This document shows positions 22,147 to 37,100 of a stretch of DNA of 64,000 bases, piece by piece. The translations under genes were made by a program, and so were the position numbers. Origin of the DNA: Bilabrum cf. latius (Eukaryota). The number at the start of each line of letters is the position of its first letter. The first letter of the stretch is position 1. Location of the stretch: positions 248,001 to 312,000 of the forward strand of contig OZ237768.1 of assembly GCA_965178125.1 (NCBI GenBank). The letters run 5' to 3'. Under the pieces are notes generated by a model, which was not told the origin of the DNA, ran no database searches, and saw only the letters and a program-made list of their open reading frames with translations.

Positions 22147-25100
22147 TCAGCGCAAGCCTCCCTGCCTCGCCAGCCGCTCCGCCTCCATGGCAGCGATCCT
22201 AGCCTTGGTCTGCCGCACAAAATGAGCAGCTCTCTGCTGGAAGGACTCGTCCAGCACCTTCTGCTTGGCAGCAAACTCTGACTTGATTCGAAGCATCTCC
22301 CGCCTCGTCTCCAAGCGCCTCTCCTGCACCTGTGCATTCTCATCGCTCGTCAAAGAAGCCAGCTGGCTGCTGGACTCGCGCTCCAAATCGCGCACTGCTG
22401 CCTGCATGTCGGCAGTGGCTGCCGCCAGCTGATCCTCGAGCTCTTGTACGACAGTCTTCTGCTTTCGCAACGCAGACGCAGACTGAGGCCCCTCTGGCGC
22501 GGCTGCCTCTACCGCTCCATCGCCCTTGCCGCCACCGCTGAGGCGCGACAGCTCCCCCTTGGCTTCCTCGATGCGGTCAACCAGGCGTTGCTTGCGCGCA
22601 TTGGCCCGCTCAAGCGCCTCGCGCTGCTCGCGCTGAGGCGACCCCTGCGCATTGGCCGCCCCGCCTCCTGTGCCGGTCCTGCTCTGGCTCTGGATGAAGT
22701 CTCGCAAGCCCGCCTCGGCCTCCCTTAACCTGATGTCCCTTGCGTCCCGCAGCCGGTCCCTCTGCTTCTAGAGCCTACCGCCCTCCTCCACCAGCTGCAT
22801 GCCCCGCATGCGCAGCTCTCGCGTGTAGAACCAGTCCTCTGCCGGCTTCAGCTGCTCGGCAACGTCAGCGAGCTCTTGCCTGATGCTGCTTGCGTGCATC
22901 GCCTCCCTGTCTAGCATCGATTCGCGGGCGACCATCGTCCAGCGGCGCATGAGCGCGGCACTCGCTGCGCTTAGACCAACAGGACCGAATCGCCTAGCCT
23001 CGGGAATCCTGGATTTGGCATCCTAGTCGAGCTGGGACCCGTTGCCGCCGCGCCGCAGAGCCTCAACCTCTCGCATGGCGTGCGCCTTGGCCGGATCCAC
23101 GTAGTCCTAGCCCAGGGCCTACGCTCTCCTCTTGGCAATCTGCCTCTTCGCACGAGCTGCCTGCCGATCGCGGAGCTTGGCGGCGAACGCTTCCATCTCC
23201 AGCTTGGCGTTAGGCCTAGGAAACTCCCCGCCCAACCGGATCCGAGCCGCGATGAGCCACTTCGACATGAGCCGTCCCCAAGGGGCGTTCCTGTCCACCG
23301 TGATGGGATCGAATATCGGGGCCCCGTCGTATCCCTCAGAATCGCTGCCCTTGTCGCGCGCCTGCTGCTGCTCCCGAGCCGCCCTGGCATCGGCGCCGAA
23401 GAGTTTCTCCCGCCGCCTGCGGTTCGCAGCCGCAGTTTCCTCCGCAGCGCACCTCTTGCAAAGCATGAAAAACTCGGCGTTAATGCGGAAGTAGGCTCGC
23501 CAGGCGTCGAAGGTCATCGTCTGTGGACTGTCTCTGTTGGCCCTCTCGAACTGCTCCACGAGCTGATCCATGGCATGCGGGTCCAGCTGGCCGTCTGTGG
23601 CTAGTCGCACTTCGATCGGGTTGCTCTCGTCTTCCCTACACTTGCAGCGGCTGCACGTCTTCTCCTTGGAGTTTGCCATGATCTCTTGCACAGCGTTACG
23701 GAATAGCTTCCTCCGCCTTGCTTTCTCTAGCCACCAACGAGCGAGCGCGGCACTTCGCTCACCGGGCTGGGCCGCATCTGCCCACTGCCTGAGCCTCGTC
23801 CGAACCCCGTCGTCACCCGAGTCATCGCTGGAGATATCTTTCCGCCGTTGCCTTCCTCCGATGGTGCCATCTCCGTCATCGTCGAAGAAGTTAGACGTGA
23901 TGCGGCCATATACTCCACGCACATACTCTCGAGTAGGATCGCCATCCGGCTAGAGTGCATCCAGCGCCCTGGGCGTCAGCAGCTCAACCAGATGCTGCAC
24001 CAACCACGGGCGGTTCCGAGCCAGCCACTTGTGCCTGAATCGTTCGGAATTCAGGGCACGCAGCTCCAGCCGCTCCTTCTCGAGCTCCTCGTCCCCGCCC
24101 TCCCCAATGGCGAGCCTTGCAGCCACCTCATCATCGACCGTGCCTTCTGCCCTTACTAGCTTCCACAGCTGCACTGCGTTTGCAGCCTTGATCATGGCCC
24201 ACCGCAGCAGCACCCCAAGGAGCCACATAACGATGAAGATAAATCCAAACATGACATCGGAGAGCATTACGTAGTCTTTGCGGATCATGATCGTAACGCC
24301 CAGCATGATAAAGAGGATGCCCCACGCATGAACAGAGGACATGAAGTAGAACTGCGTGCTGAAGTACATCGAGTCCATCTGCTGCAGCTTCTCTGTTACG
24401 GCCTGGTCCCGCTTCTCGCTCGACATTTGCCACCTCTTGTCTCGAACAAAGTACCTGTACTTCTGGTAAGACAGGTACTCGTACAGCTTCCAGCCGTGCA
24501 CCAGCTCGAGCGTGTTGAACAGGAACATGTCCATGGCCAATTGCGCCGGGATGATGAGGAGAGTGAAAACCGTGTAGAACACGAGGTCAGTCTCGCGGAT
24601 GGAGAACCCTTCGGGCACCTCGGTCACCTGGAAGGAGTGCAGTGGGCTGGCGTCAAGCAGGTACAGAAGAACCTGCAAGAACGGTGACACGAGGAGTGCC
24701 ACCGTCTCGTTCGAGTATACCACCATGCTCTCGAGGAGAGGCTCCACGCCGAGGGTCTCTAGCTTGATGTGGTCCAAGATATGGTTGAGTTCTTCCTCCT
24801 CTTTGAGCCGCTGATCCCTAGACAGCTTCTTTTTGCCGCGCCACCATATGCTGAGCTGCTTCCGGTACAGCGGCACACGGGCGTACACTGATTTGACCAG
24901 GGGATCAACGTAAATCCGCTCGACCGTCATAGCCGCCGCCTCCACGAAGAAAGCAACGACGAAATCGGTGAACGTGGCTGCACCCATCGTGATCATGATC
25001 TCCACAAGCTGCAGAGTGGACACGAGAGGGCATACCAAGAGAGCGTCGCCCATGATCTCAAGCAGCACCAGCTCTACGCCGATCTGAGCAAACTTGAAGC

Positions 25101-28100
25101 CTACGATAAAAAAGTACTGGTACGTCGCAAACGTCTCAGAAAAGGCGAATTCGAGGATGGTGAGCAAGATTGTCACCAGCGTTAGCGATATCAGCAGCAT
25201 GTGAGCCCTCCTCCACAGGATGGGGGTCCACAGCTCCTCCGCAGCCGATGCTTCAGCTTCCAATTCCTCCTCGTCCTTTTCCTCCAAGTCTCCTAACTCA
25301 CCAGACCTTTGTTTCTCGCGGATTCTATCCGCCTGTGCACCCTCATCCTGCTCAACCTCCAACCCGGTCCGGTCGTTGGACGAGTAGATGGCATCGTCGG
25401 TCTTCCACCTGTCCCCCTGGTGCTCGGGTATAAACATGGACACGCCTTGTGCAACCACGTACAGGCCAAAGCACATGAAGGCAGTGCCCATCCTTCCTTG
25501 CCTGTACAACTGTATTCGGTCCTCGTCGAGTACAGCGATATCCATCCAGTCTCCAGGGACTGCCTCCAACGCGATCATGGACGGATTGAGGACTGGGTCT
25601 GCGCTACCGAGGTGCACAAACCAGATCAGCACAAAACCAAGGCCCATCATAGCTGGTACGGATGCGTAAAGTGCCCCAAAGAGTGGGGCTGGCGTGACCA
25701 TCTCCCACAACTGAGAGAATCGAAACACGGGGGCTTTCTTGAGCCTTGTGCCGATTCGGTGGACTGCCCAAATTAGGGCCCCGATGCCAACTTGTAACCC
25801 TCCAATGATGATGAACAGCAGGACATACACATCAGCGCTAAACTCAAACAGATTCAGCAAGTCCATCCAAGCGAGCGGGCTGTACGTGAACTCGATCGTG
25901 TAGTTAAAGTCACCTTGCTTGCATTGGGGTATGCCCTGGGCTGCAAAGTCTGCAATCAGGCTCTCTGTAGTTGCAGACGTGCAGAAAGAAGAATATTCTA
26001 CGAATGATCGCACCAGCCGCTTTCGGCCCTTGGTCACCTGATAGTACTCCAGGCTTAGCTCGATCACCCGCGGAACTCTGTAAGGCACGTACGAGCTGAC
26101 CACGTCAACGGGAATCATCGCCTCAGTGCCTACCAGATCCAGCAGCTAGTCCGTCCGTCCCCATCCCTGGTTCGTTTCCGAATCGCCTTTGAACGTAGAG
26201 AATGGAAGTGGCTCCTTGGTCAAATAGAATAGCACGTCACCCTCACGGAACTCGAACCACCGCGACAGGGGTGCCTGGTTGAAGATCTGCTCCTCGTACG
26301 CACATTGCAGGCTGATACCGGGAGGTCCTCTGCCGTCGTTGTCGTCCTCGGGGTGCGGCTGCCAGGACTGGTCAAAGCAGCGATCTGCAAGCGGCGTAAA
26401 CTGAAAATTCCAGAAATACTAGTTGACAAAGATCGTCTTGTCATACGGCTCGATCACGCACTCTGGGTGGTCCTCCAGCAGCTTGGAAACCAGCATCCTC
26501 GAGTCGTACCCCTCGCAGTTGGAGAACCACGGGAAATAGTTGAAGAATAGTGCATCGATTGGCTCTTCGTCTGCATTGGTCCACCACGTGACGTCCTGCT
26601 CCACGTCAACGATCGCGTCCCGCACGATGTCAAAGTATGTTTGATTCCTGCTGTTCCTGGGTACGTACGCTGCATTGGCAGCTGCCAAGTCCACGGTATC
26701 CGCACCAGTGACACGCGCCGTCTTGACGGCATACTGTTTATCCCCAACATTGTAATCAGCCGGTCGATCAAGAAATAGTTGGTTTTCGAAAGCCTACTCA
26801 AAGTCATTGGCCGTGCCTTCGACCCTCCGCTTCGACATGGGCAGGTTGTACGGCAGGCTCTTGCCAGTCAGATCTTCGAGAGTAATGAGGGCGAAGAAGC
26901 CCCTGCCATTCGAAGAGTCCGAGGGAGAATAGTCCGCCCTTGACGGCGTGTGGATAGTTAACTCAGTGATGCCCCTAAGCTACGTTTTGAAATCCTAGTA
27001 GTACAGCCCGTGCAGCAGCTCAAAGACAATAATCACGTTCATATCCTGCAGCGTAGAGACTGTCAGCTGCACTACCTTGTGTTTGTTATCTGCAAATGGC
27101 AGCTCCCTTTTGTTGGTTTCAAGCCAAGCGGGGTTCTCTTTTGCCTGGCACTTGCAGCAGTCCTCGCACATGTACCCAAACCCCGCCTGGTCCTCCACGG
27201 GAGGATGCGAGCACTGGGGCGGATCCAAGGCATACTGGCACCGGTAGTGCGGTGGACATGGGTCGCAGTCCGCGTAAACGGAAAGCTGGAAGTGCTCGTT
27301 GTATGTGAGGTTGGTTGGAATGACTGACATATCCATTGTCACAATTGCCTGCTACCCACCCCGTAGCTCGAGAACCCCAATCCCCCAGTCTGTCCGGAGA
27401 TAGGCGTCTGCAAGCACTTTCCTATCGGTCGCATTCGTGAGGTAGATAGGATCGATGGGGCTAATCCTCTGGAGCACCTCATCGCCTCGCTTCTAGCAGT
27501 CAAAGAGGTTTGTCGATGACACATCGCTGGTTGTGCCGTTGGGGCACCTCATCGCATGTTCGCATCGGCACATGTCCAGCCTCTCTAGCATGGGCTCGTC
27601 CACCTGTTGGCTGCCCACGACGCCGTCTCGCCACGAATCGCTTGGCATGACCAGCTTGGCCAACTCGGGCACGTCGTCTCGAAGATTGTAGCGATCGTCG
27701 TCTCCCAACTCAGATCGATCGTACTGCCTCACATTGTCAAGCAAATCCACGGCATACTTGAGGTCGTACACCAGCGGGTCCATCGACTCGGGCAACTCCT
27801 GCAGCTTGCGAGAAGCGGTTCGCTCGACCTCGTCCAGGTACGCCTGCTCCACCCACTCCTTGAGCTCTCGGAAGCTGCAGGTGGGCAAGCAGGGATCGCC
27901 CATTGGTAGCGTATCTGGACCCCCTGGGTTTCCCTGCCCCAGTCGCGCGTCACATCGCACGAATGTCCCCTCTGAGTACGGAGTGAATGTGGCAGACGAA
28001 GGCTCGAAGCAGTTCCTAAAGTACCTTTGGGCGAGGTGCTGGGGGGGAAACACCACGGCCTCCTGCATGAGAGGTCCGGTGCCGTTCGAAGAACCTGCTA

Positions 28101-31100
28101 GCCGCGTGCGCTACCACTGGAATGTGTCGTCGGTGCCGTACTGCTGAATCTGCTGTGGAAGCAGCGTCAGACCCGGGCCTAGCGGGTGGTTAGCCCCTGA
28201 CACGACAAACTGACACAGGGGCCGTATCCCCTGCTTGATTTCAGTATACGTGTACCCACGCTCCGTGCAAGCCCACAATCGATACACTTCATGGACCAGC
28301 CTAGCCTGTGAGATGCAGTCGCACTCTTCTCGTTCTACAGTCTGGTGGATCATGCGCCAGTGGTGGTCTCGCCCGCACCGCAGGTCTGCTTCCGTCGCAA
28401 GGTTTAGCGGAGCCACCTGACCGAGGTCGTTGGTCTCGTACCGGAAGCGTTCTTGCAGGTCTTCACTGATCCCATCGAAGCAGCGCTGGTCGTGCGCTGA
28501 TATGTACTCGGGAAGGCGCAGCCCAGGCAGCGCCACCAACTGCGTTCCCATGTCATGGAACGGATCTGCATCAATACCAGAGACGCCCCGCAGGATCGAA
28601 TCGTGTGCCTGGACACCATACAGCGGATCTAGAGAGCCTGTTGGGCAGAAGAAACCGCGGGGGCAAATGCTCCGGAATTGTTGCTCGACCCCCGTACCGT
28701 CCTGGCAGAAGTAGCCCTCGTCACACAAGTCTTTGAACTGGCCATTGGGAGCGTGGAGATCAATATCGGGTGTGGTTCCTACATCACATACGTATCCACC
28801 TGCGCACACGGTCAGCGCTGCACTGAGTGCAGTGGTTCGCTCATCGCACACGTATCCTGACTCACACGGCTCGCCGATGGAATCTTCGTGGGTCTGGCAT
28901 ATGATGTCAGCTTCGCACGTGCCTGGGTACCACTGCGGCGCACCAGTCGTGTCATTGTGCAGGAAGAATCCCTGTGTGCAATTACTAAAGGGATTATACC
29001 TCTTCTCTCTTGCAATGTGCATGTACTACCTCCCAAAGTCGAAGAATGCTGGAAATACGTCGGGATGGCCATACCCTTGCGGCTTCTAGCCCGTCTGAAG
29101 TTCGTAGTTGGGGCCGTAGTAGTCGCGGAATCGCTAGTAGAATGTGCTGCCGAACGGCTGCTCGTTGAAATAGCACTTGGCATCGGGGTGTGTTCGCTGA
29201 CTCTGGTCCAGGTATGGTCCTTGGCCTAGCGAGTCGATAGGCCCAACAAGCACACCCCAAAACTGGTGGTCTACCGTGTCGCAAGTCAAGATGTCGTAGA
29301 TCGTCTGGTCCGCCAGTGGGGTGTAAGGATGAGGAAAGTCATCGTAGTTGCACGGATTTACGATTCCGTCGCCGGGACATACGGTTCCAGGGGCACAAGG
29401 AATGCACTCCCGCTTGTCACGGAGTTCCCATTGCTTGGACCAGTGGCCCTACGGACAGCCCCGACATACTGGTCCATCTGACTCGATAGTAGACCGATAC
29501 TACCCTGGCGGACATATTCCAGCTACTTGCGTACCATCCAGGTCGCAGACGGTTCCGGGCGGGCACGGCAGGCAGGAGACTGTCTGGATGGTGGGGGCAT
29601 AGTACCCTGCTGGACACTCTTGCGGCACAACCGTCCCGGATAGCTCTGCAAAGTATCCGACTGGAGTTGGGATCGGTATAGCCGTACCCAGCGGGCAGTA
29701 GAACCCCTTGGGGCACAGGCCCGACCCGACCGGACTGAAAGACCCGGCCTCGCAGTAGAAGCCTGGCGTGCAATTCTGAGCGTACAAGAAATCTCCTCGC
29801 TTCACCATATCGTACCCAGTTCCTTTCACGCAATAGGTGCCTGGCCTGCATGGGTACGGTCGAAGGGTTGTGTCGTTTCTGTACGGATCCGAGGTCAGGG
29901 TCCCGTTGTTGCAGTAAAAGCCAGGGGGGCACGGCTGATTCGGGGAAGCAAGCCGGTCCTCCGAGCACACGAAGCCGAGGGGGCAGATGGCAGGGTCGAC
30001 CCGGCCGAATCCAGGACACACGTACCCACGCGGACAACTTGTGCACATCGTTTGCCCGATCTGCCCGTTGAATGTACCCGGTCTGCACGGTTCCGGGTCT
30101 CTTGTGTTCACCTAAGGGCACTGCGTGCCAACCGGGCAAGGGTACTGCTTGCCTTTCCTGCAGTAGTGCCCGACTGGGCACGCTTGGCCGGTCGGTGACG
30201 CAGTCCCTTCGTCACACTTGGCGTATCCAGCACACATCTGCGCTTCGCTCAGGTTAGCCGCCGACGAGATGGTGGGACTGGTGGTGCCTGGCGGACAGTA
30301 AACGCCTGCTGGACACGGGCGAGGCCTGCGCATGGCGTTGCCCTTGGCGCTATGATTGAACCAAGGGTCAGTCACGCTCAATGAGTCCATGTCATCCAAT
30401 ACCTGACACGCATTATCGAGGCAATATCGGCCCCGAATGGGATCAAAAGGAGCCTATGCGTCTAGTGGCAGCATATGGGCCTCCATCCAGTACCTAGCCG
30501 GTGAGAACGATGTTTGTAGTCCAAAGTCAGACGTCGAGTTGTCAAAGCAAGCCGAGTTGCGAGTGCCAGCTACCAGAGCGTGGCCCTGGGACTACCGCCC
30601 CAACCTGACAGTTGTGGTCATCTCGGCCTGCGACAGCGACATTGACATGCCTTTGGAGCCGTCGGCACCCGGTGCACCGCAAAACGTATCTACACTGGCA
30701 GTGCCGGGCAGGCAAAAGTGCCCCTCTGGGCACGGCTGCTCTGCCCTCTCCTAGCCTGTGCTGGGGCATACAAACCCGGCGGGACACAGCCGTGGTACCC
30801 TCATTCCCATGTCGGGGCAGACGTATCCGACGGGACACCGAATGCAATCGGTTGCGCCACGGAGCGGCTGGTAGGTTCCCCGAGGACACATCGTGAAATT
30901 TCGACTGCCGGCTTCGGGGCAGAAACTACCTGGAGGACAGTCTAGCCCCTCGCTATCGTATCCAATTGCCTTGAACGTGCCGGGCCTCGGACGACCTTCA
31001 GGCTCTACAACCGCGCTCCCGTCCATGGAAAAGTCGACGCCATTCCACGTCAGCTCTAGGACAAACGACGCTCTCGCTTCTCCTGACTGAATCGTGATGC

Positions 31101-34100
31101 TGCCCGCAAGCTCTGCTTGGGTTGAGGCCTAGGTTGTGTTCTGGAGCTCGATCCAACCGTCCATGGGGCTGGCTTGCACCTCCTCACCAGCCAGCAGCTG
31201 CTGATCCAGCTGCTCAACATGACCCCACCCGCCATGCGTGGCATGCGTTGCGCCTGTCGAGTCAATCAATGACCCTGCATCAACAAAGCACAGAACCAGA
31301 GTGTCAGACAAGAATGTCGCGTCCAATCTGGCGTGGCCAAACCTGCAGGCAAGGTCTGATGTGTTCATGAACCTTTCCCCCGTAACAAACACATACTGCG
31401 GGTATGCCGTGCTAATGGTGCGCGGCATCACATCTGTGACTTCAGGCGTCTAGGTGTAGGTGAACACGTATCCATCGTCTGTGTAGTCTCTGCCATTCAT
31501 CGTTATCTCGAGCTCGACAGAATGAAGCAGCACGTGCGGGTAATAGTGGCTATCCGGGAACACTTGTTGCCGGAACGACTTCTCGTCCAACCTGTCATGC
31601 TGGAAGAATCGAGTATCGCTATAGGACAGGTTGTGCCCCGGTCCTAGTTCTCTAAGAGTCGGAGACGCGCAGTGGATCTCTGTTGGCGATACATACGATC
31701 CAGGCACGGCAAAATCGTCAAATCTGCACTGTATCTAGCTGCTGTTCACGAATCCACTGCCGCGAACACGAACCACGGTTCCGGCAGAATCGTGGAAACC
31801 GTGATTTGGGAACACAGCTTGAACCTCGGGCGGTGGCACCACCGCAATGGAAGTACCGAGAGAGTGGAACGGCAGGCCAGCGGCAGAGTACTCCAGAGGA
31901 AACTACCCAGGAGGCAATGTGTTGCCCGGAATGTTTACGATTATGTTGCTATCATCCACCCAAGTTGCGTTCGAGACGTGCTTCACCGTGCCCATTCTGT
32001 CGATAAACCTTACCATGCCAGTTGCACTTGGTTGGAAAGCGCGGCCAATGATGGAGATCCAGCTAGATCCATTGCCAGGGTCACTGGTGTGGATGATCGC
32101 CGGTTCCGTACCGAAAGCTCTCGGCCAGTCCAGGCTGGCCACAGCAACGACGCGGCCTCTGCGGCGCAAAGCACCCAAGCGTCCGACAAAATCAAGCACA
32201 ATTCCATAGTCGTCGCTCAGCACATTTGGTGGGGCAAAGCAGGTGGCACTACTACTCGACGATACCACAGCTGCGGAACGGTAGCACACTCCAGCCTGTT
32301 CATCGCACAGAGCGAGCCGTTCGTCAAACATCTCGCCTGACATGTGGTTCATTAAAGGGAAAAAGACGCATTCAGTTGGGGCATGTGTCGAGAAGTTGTA
32401 GCCAGCCAGCTAGATTTCCGTCCCACCGCTTGCGTAGCCATGCACGACACTTGCAGACTCGACCGTTGGCATAGCAATCCGCTCGATCACGTGCTCAGGT
32501 TGTGACCATTTTATGTCAACGCCGTTATCACTGACGCCAACCCGTTGGAAGCCAATACCTTGTGTGGTCGATATCGATCGGTGCACGCTACCAACTAGAC
32601 CTGCTTCTAGCAGTCTGCCGTCTGTCGTTGGCAGAGTTGCAACCGTACTGTGCGATACGCGGTCTGACTCGGAGTCATACAGTACGTGCAGACTGGAGTT
32701 GCTTTGCATGCTGTCAGAAACTAAAACCTATATATTGAATTCTCCCACGGCCTGGTGGTGCGGCAGCAGCTATGCGCGAAAGTCAAAGGTCAGAGTACCA
32801 TTGGCTGTCTCTGCCAGGACCGCTGATGACACATCGGTGGGGCGAAGAGGTAGATTCACGTCGGCCGTCATGCTGCTGAACATAGCAAGAATAGCGGCGC
32901 CAAGATCCGCTGTAATGCGTTCAGCTGGAATCACGTCCGCGTAGATGCGAGCCCCGGGCTGACAAGCTGTGGGCTCTATTCCATCGTACGTCACCGTGAC
33001 AGTGCACGGGTGCGAGACAAACGCACGGACAGCCAGGTTTCCGAGTGACAACCTTTGCAACTCGAAAGATGATGGCAGCTAGAGACTGAGGCTCGCGTGT
33101 ACACTCGCCAGCGATCTAAAGTGGTGGTCAGCTGGAAGGTGGCACTGTATCTCGTTCTGACTCGTACGGGCAGATTCGGAAGACACCATAGCACCCGATG
33201 AAGTGTCCTCAAACACGCAGCGATACTCGCGGTCGGATACCCCGTCTACGGTAATGAGAATGGGTTCGGGCTGGCGAGACACGACAAACTAGGGCTGCAC
33301 TGCGGCGATGATGGACGGGTGGGTGTATTGGAATACCCCTTCCAGTATTGACGATGATCCACCAGCTGGCACAACCTGAACCCCCATTGCCTCATTCGTG
33401 GATGATGGCGGCGAGAGGCACATAACTACCTACAGCTTTGATCCTAGCTCATTTAATGCAGCTGCGAACAGCACGCCTGGAACAGATGCGGCCATGAACT
33501 CGCAGTTCACGGTGTCGTTCAATACCTGCAGCTGGAGCACTTTTCCATGGCTTTGTACATACACAGCGGTGCCTGCAAGGTTCTAAAGTATGTCTGCGGA
33601 GTACTGTTTCGGTCGAGGCAAATAATGACTAATGATGGTCAACACCTGTTCTGCTACTCGTTCGTCCCCAGAGTGAAGCAGTAGTGCAGTACCACCATCC
33701 ATGGTGCCGTGGGCAGGAGAAATGCCCGAGTGGGACAACGGCTCTGATGGCTGCAGCTGCAGCTGAATACAAGAGTACCCGGTGCCGCAGACCAGGCCAT
33801 TCTAAATTACGCCATTACCGATGGGACTGTGCAATTGTCCGCAGTGACTGCTAGTAGAGGTAGCACGTGCTGCTTTGTGGCAGGGCTGGAAGGCAGCACC
33901 ATCAAACGATAGTGCAACGTGCAGGTGGCTGACGTCTTCACCGACGAGTCCTCGATCGATGTAGACTTCGCATGAGTATAGAGCTCTCGAGCTGTTCCGC
34001 GGCTCGATTGCTTCGATACAGTTCGGCGCTTCACGAGCAGGTTGGCCCAGCACCTGCAAGTACATTGCCTTTGCATGACCTTCTGCGCCGTAGCGAGCCA

Positions 34101-37100
34101 CTTCACCCGGCATCATACCAGCCCTGTCGGCATTCCGAGCTAGTTGCACCGTAAGCTTTTGCAACCGGTCTGCAACGACAATTAAGGGCGCCAAAGCCTC
34201 GACCTACGGAAGCGGAACCCTGGCCAAAGCTGAGAATGACCTGGGCATGAATCCCACGATAGAACCAGAGGAAGGAGGCATTATTCCGATGGATACATGC
34301 GGTCCAACGCCCGGCTTGGTCCGATTCACTTGAATTCGACTGGCTGGTTCTTGCAGCACAGTCGGAGTTCCATGTGCATCGACAATCTGCACATTGGCCA
34401 TCGGCTACGGCCCCATATAGCGAGACAAAGAGGAGCTGTTGCCCTAGTACTCAACGTGAGCCTTGCAGACATGACGAGCTGGAAATACCAACGTTACGAG
34501 AGGCAAATTGCCGAGGTCATCTGCTGCTACTTGCAGGGTCTAACACTCCATCCCTGTCGATGCAGCCAGTGGGGCATGCACTGAGTCGCGAACTTGAGTG
34601 AAAATTGCCTCAAACGATGCCATTGAGCCCATGAGCGGCTAGCCAATCTTGCTGTCGTACCAAAGTCCGACTGGAGTAGGAACACCATCTGTTTTGGCGG
34701 ACATGGCTGCAGTGTCAGTCGCCTCAGCTAGTGACACTGATAATTGAGCTCCTGCCGAACGCAGGGTGTCATGCAATACAAGCGCCGACGCCGAATTCTC
34801 GACAAGAGTGACTGTCAAATCAGTATGAATGTCACTCGCTGTTAGCTGGATTGCCGAGCAAGAGCCTATCTCTGGAGGCAAGTTCACTCTCCACCGACCA
34901 GGAGCCACCTGTGCTGCCACAACGTCAACGTTAGCAGGTGAAAGAGACCTTGAGTTGTTGTCGAGATTCCTGCTGAATGGTAGTGATCCATACTGGAGCG
35001 AAAAAGACTGCAAGGCCTGCTCAAACTCGGCTGCGAGCTGCTATCCGTCTGTGTCCGCACGGAAAGAAATGTCAAACTCATGGTCAGGTTCAAGGGAGAA
35101 GGCGCCGTACATTGTCACTGATACTTGCATGGGACCATCGCTGACCTGCATATCCAGCACGTTTGCCTCAACTGTACCAGTCCCAGACGCCGCTAGATCA
35201 CGTATATCCGCTGCTTCCATCATGACCGGGTCAATCGACAGCTCGATCCGCAAAGCCAAATAAGACGAGTTGCCTGGTTCCTGAATGGAAGTCACAGACG
35301 ATACCGCCCAGAATGGTGCGCCTAGAGACTGCGCCGCCGCAGCTCGAACGATGCCATCAAGCACATCCACATCGATAGCATCTTTACATTGGGACGTTCT
35401 GCAGTTTTGTGAAGTGACCTAGTCCAGCAGCACTGCCCTGTTTGCGACTGGCCCGCTCAACTGCAGGGTGTTAGCCACAGGCTAGCAGCCCTATCTCCGA
35501 AATGCCACCACAATAGACTCTGCAGGACTATCAGCTGCGTGCCATGCACTTACAGCAGATACAGGATCCTGGCAGTCATCAACACGAATCAAGACTCGGC
35601 TATCGCTGGCTGTCTTGAATACATCGACCTGGTTGAGTCCAGTAGAACTTCGTATTGCTGCAGCGAGCTCGAAACCACTGGCACGACTCGAGAGCGGCCC
35701 GACCTGGTTAATGGAAGTTGCTGTTTCCAGCTATATATGAAAGTCGCCTGTTCCTGTGAGCCGAAGCTCAGTTTCCATTGCTGGAGCAAGTTTCCATCGC
35801 AGCTCAATCCTAACTGTGTTCGCAGATGTTTCAGATAGTCCGGGTGCGTTGACATCCCACGTGCAACCAGACGGGCGGATGGTATCATTAGCCTCGTACT
35901 AGAAATCTGACACGACTGCTACCACTGAGGGCAGCTGCAACGGCCCGATACGGTCAACTGGGAATGACCGCCCATTAGCTGGCTGGTACTGGACCACACG
36001 AGCCAGCAGGTCTGGTGCCCACCCAGCTCGGGACGTGACCACCACAATAAACGTAGATACAGCCAGTTTTCCACCATAAAACTTGCTTTGCGCCGCGCTC
36101 TCAACAGTGCCAGCATAAAACACTTGAACGGATCTCACAATGCCAAGGCTCTCAATCGCTGCCTGGATGGTGCGGTTGCTCAGCGAGCTCAAGTGAACAT
36201 TGGAAAAATTGTTGCTGCCGGCGAAACGTAATTGCAGCACAGCGTTCGTAGCAGAACCGACATAATCGTCGCCATGCAACGTCAGATTCCATGATGTTCG
36301 CCTTAGCTGCTCCTCTGATACTGTTACCGTATGGACTTCGCGGCTCAGTCGGTGCGCTGGCAGGGAACAGCGCGCCTCTGCGCCTCCGTCTACGTGGAGC
36401 TCCGCAGTTGCGACTAATGATGCAGATAATAGCTGTGCGGACGCGTCGGCTGCGGCTTGTGGGGGCAGAGATGAGACTGCGCACTTGTACCCTACGGCTC
36501 CAGCAGCCCAGCTGCTACCGTTCTGCACCAAGCCGATAGACTGGTTAGCAGTATCGGCCATTTGACGCCGGCTCAGGAGTAGACTTCCGTGGTTAATGAT
36601 GAAAACCGTGCTGCGTATCACTGGAATCGCTTGTCCAGTTGCAAGGCGTAATGACACCTTTATCTTGCCAGAGTAGTGTGCAGGAACATGAAGCGGTTCG
36701 CACACGAGTCCTGCGGCATCTGATTTTGCTGTCGTGATGGAATCCTCGACTCCAATACGATACTCGCAACTACTAGCAGCAGCGAGCCGCTTCAAGTCAC
36801 TTGAGCTTAGCTCGGCATTGCACACGAACGCAGTCACCAGCTAGTCGTACTCTGCTGCTGTGAACGAGGCCTCGCAACGAAAGTCAGATGGCAGGACGAG
36901 TAACATGGCATCAGCCGCGGGATCGGACGACACAATGTTGTCAGCATTGTAGTGAACCGCAATTCGCAATCGAGCGGTGGATGGAGCTGACAGACCGGCG
37001 CGTGGAGACCCGCAACTCAAAGATTTGCTAGTGTGCACATCAGCTGGGGACGACACGGAACTCCTCTCCCCATTAAAGTCCCACATACACGTTACGAACG

